Shown here one piece after another: positions 13,373-25,100 of a stretch of 64,000 bases of DNA (positions are counted from its first letter, which is position 1; each line of letters starts with the position of its first letter). The translations under genes and the position numbers were made by a program. The notes under the pieces were generated by a model, which was given only the letters and a program-made list of their open reading frames with translations, was not told the DNA's origin and ran no database searches. Source of the DNA: Chrysomallon squamiferum (taxonomy: Eukaryota; Animalia; Mollusca). The stretch spans positions 41,354,001-41,418,000 of the forward strand of contig CM022665.1 of NCBI GenBank assembly GCA_012295275.1, in the 5' to 3' direction.

Positions 13373-14225
13373 AATTTGTTACAATTATATTTGCCTTTTG
13401 GTTTGAACTGGCCGTTGCTATTCTTCTTTGTTTTGCATTTCCTCCGTGAAGAAGTAAGTTTTAAAATACGTATATAAGGTTTCTGTTTCGGTTAAAATAT
13501 ATCATGCTAAAATAAAAATAATCATATCGTAGTATTTTCTTTTAAAATGTGATGATATCAGTTAAAATAAATAATAATAAAAATAAATAAATAGAATTAA
13601 CAATACTGAATTAAAGCAACTGGCATAATATTATACTCTTATGTTTATTATTTAAATGTCTATGTTTTTAGAGATTTATTCCTAAAACATTTTTTTATAA
13701 TAATTTGTTGCAGCGTGTAAATTATCAGAGATTTACAAATGAAATTAAAAGATTATTTATATCCGTAGATGTATTTTCAATTCGTTTTCTCTACGATTCT
13801 GGGTTTTAGGAGCAATTGGTATTACCTCCCTTTACCCGCTATATCTTGAAAACGAAATAACCAAAATGTTATTTACGGAAATTCAAACTTGATTAAAATA
13901 TATGATTAAAAGGTAATAGGTAAGGTTCTCCTCTAGAAAAATAAATTTGTTTTTCGATGGATTCTTCGTTCACAAATTTATTCCTTTAAAACTCATAGAA
14001 TAATCAATTTAATTTGAAAGTGAGTGCGCCGGTGTTCTTTAATTATGTAAATAAATGTTCATGTCATTATTGGTACTGTAGTCTTTATCATTACAACTGA
14101 GAATTCATTTTTTCTGATTTTTAAATTAATGAGAATTATCTTTCAAGGCACAATCAGAAGGATTTGGGCTTTTAACAAAACCAAATTGATAAAATTTAAA
14201 TGCTAATTTTGTGTAAGTTACTAAT

Positions 14226-14470
14226 TTTGCACGTGTTTTGTGTTTAACAAAAACCGGAAGATCAATCGTTGTCTTTTTCCCCATAGTCTGACTGTAGTCC
14301 GATGAATATCCGCCATTGTTAACTTTTGTAAAGTCGTGATTGAAAGACGATTCGACTATATACTGTTGTTCTGACATGGGATAATTAAACAAATGAAACT
14401 ACACTTTTTATGTTTTCGGTTTTCTTTATGGTACATTTTATAAAATTACATAATCGAAAGGTTTGGAAAT
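14226..14470 (-). promoter_or_regulatory. Third copy of the TRMT6 5'UTR/promoter region without its coding exon
   Basis: ttgcacgtgttttgtgttt..ccggaag..tgtagtccgatgaatatccgcca..aaagtcgtgattgaaagac matches 5013-5260 and 10710-10965. Contains E-box CACGTG and ETS-like CCGGAAG motifs. Confidence 0.6.
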
Positions 14471-14867
14471 ACAGCAAACAATGAATTTCGTAGTGCTACT
14501 TTTTGTTTATTCTTCTAACAGGAGTTTTAGCTGAAAAAATTATTGCGATACTTTCTTAATGTATTATTGATAAATAAGTGCCTTAACATTTGCCTGAAAA
14601 CGATTTAGCTTTTAAGACTTCATATAGGATGTATAACGGAATAACTATTTTGTATTATACCTGTCGTAAAAATAATTTCTAGATCATTGAAGTGCTGAAT
14701 AAATTAATAGGGTAAATTTAAAACGAGCCTCTTTTGTATTTTATTAATTGTTCTACTGACTTAATAATAATAATAATAATTTTCATCCATTGTTTCTTTG
14801 TCTGCAACATACTTGTTCTCATTAAATAATATAATTGTATTTTACTTACAGAAACATGTTTTTCCTG

Positions 14868-14899
<32 letters not shown>

Positions 14900-15326
14900 T
14901 TTATTATTATTATTTTCTAATTTAATACAGGTTGGGAAAACGGTAGGGACTCTTTCCACAAATTCATCATGTCTCTGAAATATAAATATCTTCAAACAGA
15001 ATATTGATAACTTCTTGATGCTTTATATTTTTGAAACTCGTTGTTGATTTTCGTTGTTTGTTGCAATATTACTTCTATTAACCATTCTTTCCGTATTCGG
15101 CAATTTTTTATTTTTTATTTTTTTACATTAACCCCCCAAAAAAACAAAAAGAAAAACAACAAAAACAAATATGATTGAAAATAAATGTGTTTACCTCTAT
15201 AACAAAATTAATAAAAATAACATGTTATGCAATATTTAACAAAATCAAAAGTATTAAAATTTAAATGCTAATTTTAAGCAAACTACAACTATATGTGGAA
15301 TTTTATCATTTGAATGTTTTACATTC

Positions 15327-16568
15327 TTAACAATTTGGCTTAATGTCTATAGGAAGGACAACGAGTTCACATCTTTCAATTCCGACAGACGTAGCCAGCG
15401 AGCTCAGAAAACACGTATCTGGATGCCTCAACAAAATGGACGCGTTTTCCGTCACATAAAGAGCAGCCTTTGCCATTTGAACCTGTTCCTGAATTATACG
15501 AACAAGGTCTTCATTTTCTGAAAAAAAATTAGCAATGACGGCCTCATCTGGAAGGATCTCTTTGATGTCTGCGACCCAGAGGATGTCAAAGTCTGCATCC
15601 TTCTGAACGAAAGCTTGCATGCACGAAACCAGCAATTCACTCTTTATTTGAAACAGATGGTGTTTGGTGTTGTCGGAAAAGTAAAACTGCATATAACACT
15701 GCTTCATTTCGTCTCGTTCACAGAGAAAAATGAGGTAGTCTTGATTGGCAGCGAAACCAAAGCGCGGGTGTTCGATGAGGTCGTCCGTGGTTTGGTATGG
15801 TTTCCCTTCGACAACAATGTCTCCCGTGTTCTGCAAGTCCGTGTTAACAATACTGTCGTCGTACCTATCGAAACTGGTTTCCACGGTCAAACCACAACTG
15901 GCTGTTGAATCTCTGCCTTCGTTTAAAGCCTCGTATAACTGCAAACTTCGATGAATTTTGTACTGCTGGAACCAGCACTGAACGTCAAACCACGATGCAG
16001 GACTCTGTAGATCAACCAAATATCTAGGATATATCGAACCGTATTCATCTTTCACTGGTATATATTTGACAAAACGCCTGTCATCCGTATTTTCTGTTAT
16101 TCTCATTAATGAAGTAGAACAAGAATCATTCTGAGAAACTTTATTCTCCATTTGGTTTGAATCGTCCATTTTATTCGGACTGTTGAGTTTGCTTTCTTTA
16201 TAATCGCGCATAATGTCGTGCGAATTAAATTTTATTGTGGCACTTTGATTGCAGTTGGATAAAATATATTCAGTGAAATAATCGTTATTTTCGTACATGT
16301 ACGACTGCAAGAGTTTCGTTTGTTGATTATCATGTCCTTCAGATATTTTGTTTTCGGGTGATTCGGCTTCGACCCTACAAACATACAGAAGAATATTGGG
16401 ATTTTTCGGTGATCTCTGTTGACGAAATACTAGTCTAGATGAGGCGTTAATTTCACTGTGTTCTCGTACGCCACAAATCTTTATTAACTTTTTACGTTGA
16501 CTCCAAGGAGTTAATGGAGCTTTATCATTTTTCACTCTGTAAAACCTAAAATAAAGAAAGCTGTACTA

Positions 16569-16620
<52 letters not shown>

Positions 16621-16904
16621 TGATAACAACAATTGATTTTTGAAAGGCGGAAGAATATGATTGAACATTTTCGAAAAAGTTTATTTTTCGTTAAGAGATT
16701 TAGAAATTTCAAACATCGAAACGTCAGAATAACGTCATGTATGCGTTCATCCGTTTTCAGACGTAATAAAATTAAATAATACTAAAGATTTTTAATGTGA
16801 ACGTTAGAATATTTGTTATATTATAACATTTGATATTGTTAAGACTGTGCAAACCTTGTCATTTTCATTTCTAACGACAAAAGCCTTTTTCTTAACGAAG
16901 ACAT
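15327..16904 (-). CDS. Orphan family paralogue 3, two coding exons, ~422 aa, unknown function
   Basis: Exon 1 16904-16855 (MSSLRKRLLSLEMKMT+AG, GTTTGC donor). Exon 2 16545-15327 (acceptor TTTTAG; FYRVKNDKAPLTPWSQR...LPIDIKPNC*), which includes the 402-aa ORF of the track. Confidence 0.82.
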
Positions 16905-18231
16905 AATTTGTTACAGTTATATTTGCCTTTTGGTTTGAACTGGCCGTTGCTATTCTTCTTTGTTTTGCATTTCCTCCGTGAAGTGGTAATTTTTAAAATA
17001 CGTAGGTAAGGTTTCTGTTTCGGTTAAAATATATCATGCTAAAATAAAAATAATCATATCGTAGTATTTTCTTTTAAAATGTGATGATCGCAATTAAAAT
17101 AAATAAAAATAAAAATAAATAAATGGAATTAACAATACTGGATTACAGCAACTGACATAATATTGAACTCTTATGCTTACTATTAAATGTCTATATTTTT
17201 AGAGATTTATTCCTATAACATTTTTTTTTTTTTTAAATAATAATTTGTTGCAGCATGTAAATTATCAGTGACTGACAAATGAAATTAAAAGATTACTTAC
17301 ATCCCTAAATGTATTTTCTATTCGTTTTTTCTATGATTCCGGATTTTAGTAGCAATTGGTATTACCTCCCTTTACCCGCTATGTCTTGAAGACGAAATAA
17401 CCAAAATGTTATTTACGGAAAGTTGTAACTTAATTAAAATATATAATTGAAAGGTAATAGGTAAGATTCTCCTCTAGAAAAATAATTTTGCATTTCGATG
17501 GATTCTTCATCATATTCACAAATTTATTCTTTTAAAATTCATAGAATAATCAATTTAATTTGAAAGTGAGTGAGCCGGTGTTTTTTAATTCTATAAATAA
17601 ACTTTCATTTCATTGTTAGTACTATGGTTTACAGTCTTTATCGCTATAACTCACCATTCATTTTCTCATATTTTTAATTAAACATTTCGACTGTAGTGGG
17701 TATATTATTCTTTTAATTGTTTAATGGGTTACATCATTAACAGATCTGTTTGTCAACGACATACATAGCTTAGACTTGTTAGAATGAGACGGGAAGAGTG
17801 AACAGCTAGAAGATAATATAATACTAATATAAAAGATAGGGCGAAAACCAAAAAATTGGTGTGTCGATCATATTTAATAGTATTTTCCATGATCGTAAAG
17901 TGTTAGTCTGCAAAATAAAACGACAATAATAAAAAAGAAAAAGAAACGTTAATGGTGAAAATGAATAATATATTCTTTACCATTATTATTGATAACTTAC
18001 TAGTTACTGTATACTAAAATGTAAACCACATTCTGTACTCATTCTGGATTGTTGTATTCTAATATTCTACAGCATTAATAAAATATAATTAAAAAATCCG
18101 CCAAATAATTTAAAAGAAACATTATTTGCAAATTAAATGATATTTAGAACAATTTAATTTTTTATATAAATTAAGAGTTTGTTATATTTTTCTGTTTTCA
18201 GCATAACTTTGAATTCTTAAAGTAAAGAACA

Positions 18232-20729
18232 ATGACATCCATTATCAAGCTCCAAGTGTTGTCAGGTGCAAATGATGAGTCACCACCTTCATATCTCCTG
18301 CAGGTTGATGAGTTTCGATTTCTGCTAGATTGTGGGTGGAATGAAGATTACCCAATGGAGTATATTAATGAGTTAAAACGGTAAAATTTTATCTTTTAGA
18401 ATTATGTGTAAGTTAATTCCTCTAACAAAAATTGACATGACATTCATTCTCATTCCACTGATTTTTAATGCTCACTTAATAACAATAATAATAATAATAA
18501 TAAAAAAATTCTGTTCTCTTTCTTCATAATCGCACACGAGAATACTTTTCAAAATTATCTATGATTTGGACACAAATTAAAAAAATTTTTGCTGTCCTTT
18601 TTATAATAATATAAATGTGTTTCTGCATTAAATAAAATTATAAAGAACAATTTTATGATGTTTATTAAAACTGTCAGCAATATAAGGGGGTAACAGTTTT
18701 CTGAAATGATCTTTATTTTTGTTTCTGTAGTCATCTACATCAGATAGATGCAGTTTTACTTTCATATCCTGATCAACAACATCTCGGAGCTTTGCCATAT
18801 TTGGTTGGTAAATGTAGTCTCACCTGCCCCATCTATGCTACCAATCCTGTCTATAAAATGGGTCAAATGTTTATGTATGATCTTTATCAAGTAAGTATTA
18901 ATATATAATTTTTAATTATATCAAACAAAAAAAAATATCAGTTATTTTTTGTTTTTATAAAGCAACTTCAGGTTGACTTTGTTATTAAAACAGCTGATAG
19001 ATGGAGAACAAGTTTTTATATTTAAAACTGAATGCTTTTATAAATTTGGCTTCAATTTTTAAATGGAGATTAGGATTGTGGTTTACTTTAAAATATATAT
19101 TTTTTTTTAATTTTTAAAAACAAGGAGCGAAGATATTATGGTTTAGCCAGTGTAAAATGCAGTTCCCATTTCTTCAGATTCCTAAATAAGCACTTATTTT
19201 ATCTTTGGTTTGGATATGTTCACATAGCTGTGAATGTGGTTGAGGATCTTTGTGCAAAGATTTTATTGTAGATATCTGATAATGATATGTATAATTTTCT
19301 GTAATACAAGTCTGTTGTTCTTATCAACTTCTCTGATTAGTTTTTAAAATTTTAAATTTACAGTCCAGACACAACACTGAAGACTTCAATTTATTCACAC
19401 TTGATGACGTTGATGCTGCTTTTGACAAAATCATTCAGCTGAAATATTCACAGAGTGTGAATCTCACAGGTAAATCGAATGTTATTCAAAATCTCTATTT
19501 TCAAAACTAGTTTAGATCAGTGTTATAATGAATACTGGTAAGTTTAATTTAATGTTATTTTGGATATGTTATTAAAATCTAAAGATCAGTTTATATAATT
19601 ACTGAAGTGAGTTGTTTTAATTTAGTAGTGTTAGTTAGCAGGTAGATGAAATTCCAGATAAGCTCATTTGGCAGACCACTGTATACTTAATCAAGAATTT
19701 GTATTCTTTTATAAAAATTGAGTAAACAATTATATTTAAATACTATATTAAAATAAAAAATAATATATATATATATATATATAAACAATCTGTAGGTAAT
19801 TATACAAATCATTTTATTTTCACAATTGTTTTATTATAATAAATAAGATTATAATATATAATTAATAAGATTATTTTATACTAATTTAACAAATATTTCC
19901 CATGCTGAAATACATATGATGCTTGTTCTTTTTATTTCTCTTGCTTAGTAAGCAGAAAATCTAAAGGAGTCCTATGTAAATATTTGTTGTCATAAAAGCA
20001 AAAGAATTATGTGGTATCTAAATAAAACAAGTGTTTGAATTTCGCAGGTAAAGGACATGGCATACAGATAACTCCATTAGCAGCAGGTCATATGATTGGA
20101 GGAACAATCTGGAAAATAGTTAAAGATGGCGAAGAAGAAATCATATATGCTGTTGACTACAATCACAAAAAAGAAAGGTGATACAGAGAATAAATATTAA
20201 CAGTGAAATAATTTCAGTACAAAATGATTAGTGACAGTTACAAACTATTTATTAAAGAAAATGTATGGTGATGTTAAATAATTGCCTAAAAATATGATGT
20301 TATTGAAGATGCACCTTTTTGATAATACAGAATGATAATGATATTACTTGTTGGCACAGGATTATGTAAAAATTTCATATATCCTCCTTTTTTCTTACAA
20401 TAATGATGTTGTGTCTTATGCAGAAATAACCCTAAATGCTGATTGCAAATGGTATCTTGCCAGTTTTTGCTTTTTCACATTCATCGTCTGTATGTAAATA
20501 ATCAGTAAAGTTTCCATATCTGTCAGATGTCTACAATGTTTGTTTTTTGTGTGTTATAGGCATTTCGGCAGCCTGATAAAACTTGTTTTCTTTCAGACAT
20601 TTAAACGGCTGTGTTCTGGAGATGTTTAACAGACCTTCCCTCATGATCACAGATGCTTTTAATGCCTCGTACAATCAAGCCAGACGGAGACTGAGAGACG
20701 AGCAGCTGATGAGTAAGTGTTGTTGTCGC

Positions 20730-20760
<31 letters not shown>

Positions 20761-21852
20761 ATTGTCGTTGTTGGTTACTTTCATATCTAGAGATCTATGA
20801 CAGCAGCTTGTGTGGATTTTTATGAAGTGCATTTTGAAAATCACTATAAATTGGATACTCTGGGGTATTTGTTTATTTGTTTAATATTAGAATAATTTGT
20901 TATAAGATACAAAATTAAATAGAAAACCTTAACTTGTCAGATTCATTTTTTTTCCAACAAAATCATAATAATTTTTCAGTCTTGAAATTTATATTTGTGA
21001 TTAAAAGTTTCCACAGTTTCAATTTTGTTTTGGATAAAAATGATTCTGGAATCTAATTTGTTATTTTTCAGCAACAATACTTCAGACTATGAGGAATGAT
21101 GGCAATGTTTTGGTTGCTGTTGATACAGCAGGACGAATGTTGGAATTAGCACATTTACTAGTAAGATCGAGTCTTCAGTGAATCTCATTTAAAATGGGAA
21201 ACCTTATTTTTACATATCAGTTTGTGTAAATGTTTAGCCAGTAACTGAGTACTGTTTGGAACCTAATAAGTTGTTTCAAATTCCACAAAAGCTAAAATTA
21301 ACATTTCATACAAAATGATAAATTTTAAATATTATTTTTTTTATGAATTTAGTATTATGGTCAAAGTTTAAAGTTTTATGATATTCTGTACGATTGAAAT
21401 TTTTCTTCATTGTTATAAACTGGTAAAAATATAACATGTTAAAATTTTATTCTGGGTTTTTCAGGATCAAATGTGGCGAAGTGCAGAGTCGGGTCTTTCC
21501 CCATATTCCCTTGCTTTGCTAAACAATGTCAGCTACAATGTAGTGGAGTTTGCAAAGTCTCAGGTAAGTAATCCTTTTGAATAATCAGTCTGGTCATGTT
21601 TGTAACAGTTAACTGTCAGACCAGATTCATTTGTTTTTTTAATAGTTTGCACCTATGAGTAATCAGTAATTTTCTAATAGCTTTTTATTCCAAACAAAAA
21701 ATGGAACATGATGTTACGAATATTCATTGATTGAGCAGTTTTTATATTTTATTGTTTAAGAATTCATATTTCTGTATGATTTTATATAATTGTGTGTGTG
21801 TATGCATATGTAGGTGAGCAAATGTGCATGCATGTGTCTGTCTGTATGTTTG

Positions 21853-21900
<48 letters not shown>

Positions 21901-22186
21901 TTAAAACAGTATGTAGAGGTACTCATAAAAGAAGTTACAATTAAAAAACAAATTAAATGTATTACTCTATGTAAAAGAAAAAGAAGTGGTAATATTATTT
22001 TGGTCATTAACTGTAAAAAGACAACAACAGAACTGAATAAATGTCTCTGTATGTATTTTTCAGGTGGAGTGGATGAGTGACAAAATAATGAGAGCATTTG
22101 AAGAGAATCGGAACAACCCATTTCAGTTCAAACATGTCAAACTGTGCCACAACTTGGCTGAACTCTCACGAGTACCTGAACCTAAG
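18232..22186 (+). CDS. CPSF2: Cleavage and polyadenylation specificity factor subunit 2 (CPSF100); first 8 coding exons (324 codons), remainder not found in the window
   Basis: Exons 18232-18380, 18731-18890, 19364-19469, 20048-20177, 20597-20712, 21072-21160, 21465-21563, 22064-22186, all GT-AG with matching phases. Peptide: [153 protein letters not shown]. An acceptor at 18201 implies an upstream 5'UTR exon. Confidence 0.96.
21865..21899. repeat. (TG)n microsatellite in a CPSF2 intron
   Basis: Direct reading of the TG run. Confidence 0.92.
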
Positions 22187-25100
22187 GTAAGGCAATGCAA
22201 TTTAAAATTCTGTTTTTTCAAAATTTATTCCAGCTTTGAAGGAAACAAGTCATAATTCATTAAAACATAAAAATCCAGCAGGTGATCAAGATGTAATTCA
22301 ATCTGGTAGTAGATCATGAATATATAAATGGAGAAGGTAAGTGAAAGAATTTATATTTCATACATCTATTTCAGCTTTTGACCTGTAATATCAACTTTTG
22401 GTAAACGATAATACTTCAAGAGGATACCAGATAACAGTATTATTATTGCTTCTTTATTTTTCTCTATTTTTCTTGGACAGAAAGGTGTTTTGAGCTTGGA
22501 TATGTTGAAAATCATTATTATAAATCAACTTAATTATAATCCCTAACATTATAACAATGTATCATTCAAGCAGATATGACAGACTTATCAGTAACCAAGA
22601 TTTGTGCTTTGACATAGGAAATGTGGCTACTTTTTTATTTACTTATGTTTTTGTTGATGTTGTTGCATTTACTGAGTTAATAATGTATGTTAAGCCTATA
22701 GGCGATAATTCTGATTCAAATTTCTAATTATAAATATTTAACTAAAATTAAAAAAACTAAACATTATGCAGTTGTTAGATGATAAACTATTAAAACTCTA
22801 ATGTAGTGCTAATCATCTATAACAGAAGCAATATTTCAAGTTACTTGCTTTATTTATATTTGAGCAGATATATATTTAAATCACAAGCAAATTGAATACT
22901 TATTGTTGGATAATGATTTGTGAGAAAGGCAGGACAGGACAATGTAGAGAATGATACATACACACATTAATAGTTTTATTTATTTGTTTATTTTTAAATT
23001 TTATTTTATTTATTTATTTTCTGGAGCATCTGTAAGTTGTAAATAAAAAAAGACTAGACAGGATAGTTTTCACTTTATTGCCATGTTGTTAAAAATAGCT
23101 CTCCTTCCCACAGATAGGATGTAGCAATCTATAATGTTCTGTCCCAGTATTGACAGTTGATGTCGAAAGTCAGAAATTTATTGTCACTTCCAAACTTCAC
23201 AGACTCATATTTTTTGACAGCTCACACCAGGGAAGCGTATGTAATATTGAACTGAGAGTAAAAATAACAAATAACAGTAATTCAGTACAGAAATCATACA
23301 TACTGTGATGATGTGGCATAAATTTGGTTTATACACAGCATGTAGAAATGGAATTTAATAATCATATTTTTATTTATTTAATCAATTCACCAAGTAGTGA
23401 GATTTAGCCTCAGAAAACTGTGATAGTTCCACATTAGTGTCTTTGTTTCTCTTTGATTAATTAGCAGTCTTTATTGTTTGATGTTTGTTTTTCTCCTTAC
23501 TAAACAGAAATTTATATTTTTAAAACATTTAAATTTAATAAAAGAAGTAATGTTGATTAAATTTGCAATCATGGACACATAATATCTGACTTCTGTAGCA
23601 AATGCTAATAACAAAAATTCCTTACATAGTATTTATTTATTTTAAATGTCTTGACAATTTCTGACAGTAATAATGATGAAATGTTAAAACTGGGAACTTT
23701 AAATCATTACTGTACAATTATTGTAAAGCAAAAAAAAAAAAAAACTTCATATATTAAATATCCAATTTATTCAGTTCCAACACAGCATTATCTGACAAGA
23801 ACTTCTTTAGGTTAAAAAAAAAAAAAAATCTATTTATTTTTAAAAACATATTTTCATTTAAAAAAGACGAAAAAAAATAAATTTACAAATTGTTTTTGTC
23901 CTTAGAAACAAGAACGAGGCTGGAAAATCTTCTTCATATTGGAAAATGACAAACATTGCATGATGTACATGCGTCTTATCAGTCACATGCACACGCTTAA
24001 TATTTACTCATCTGGTAATAATTTAGATTTAATAAGCCATGGCTCTAACTTGATTTAGTTTCTTTGTGAACTGTAGCAAGCATGTAATCACATTTTGTCT
24101 TGGTCTCAGAGTAAATATTTGCTCTTATCCTTACATCAGTGAATGTGTTGACTAACTTAGCAGACATCAACAAACGGCAGGAACAGTATTATGGCTGGAT
24201 TGCAGTTTAGTTGCATTGCTTTATTTTAATTTTTCTTTTAAATTGAAAAATAAGACCTCTCTAAATGTTTTTTTTTATATGATCAACATTTGACTTTAAA
24301 TATATATTTTTTTGTGTGCATGAATAAATTAAACTAGTTCTTCTTAAACTGGAGAAATTATTTTGGTGTGAATGAAACTTGAGGGAGAATACGACAAAAA
24401 TTGCCAAACATAAAAAAAATGTGTTGGTGGTGAATGACATTTTGTGATACTGAATGACACTGAAGTAGTTTAAGAAGCTATGAATTAAACATTTTTTGTT
24501 TGAATGAATGCTTAATGCAGGCCTTGCTCTTAATGATAGCCTACAGGGTTACTAGGTTAAATAATTTGGTAGCCTGTAGTAAAAATTGCTAGCCTGATAA
24601 TTAATTTTAAAAATAAGATTAAGAAGAAAAAAAGAAAAAAGAAAAAAAAGAAATCATGGGCACTATATTGGAAAATATTCATTTATGTCATGTTATCACT
24701 AAAGCTCCGATACGAATTATGAATATTTTTACATTCATTGGTCTGGTATGCTCTGCTGATTTCAAAACCTTTCATTGTCTTCAGTAACATTCACTAAACC
24801 TAACTGATGAATGACCTGGCATGTTTTTGGTGATGACATGTGCATTGAGAAATAGATAATTTAACTGCTCAGTGATTTATTTAAAATCATAGCACTACTA
24901 ATGCTTTTGTTGTTTCCTGTTTTGCTAAGTTTGCTACCTCAGCTGCAACACATTTTATATGAGATTCACTACAGCCTTCTTCTTTTTTTTGTCATGGTTT
25001 GTTTCCTAAAGTTTTTGCACTCAGCATCAAATGATCCTCTTTCACCTCCAAACAGACATGGTACAAAAAACAAAGCATTTTTTTTTTTTTGCTTTCTTTG

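Larger units (their letters stand above)
3820..17680. repeat. Tandem segmental triplication (units ~3820-8460, ~8460-14175, ~14175-17680)
   Basis: Collinear homology of the TRMT6 upstream region, intergenic DNA, orphan gene and ~750 bp of orphan upstream flank in all three units, e.g. gcaattggtattacctccctttacccgctat at ~8106, ~13812 and ~17352. Confidence 0.92.

Noticed and set aside
14126-14392. 88-aa minus-strand ORF
   Set aside because: Spans the duplicated TRMT6 promoter and a deletion junction, and is not preserved in the other two copies.
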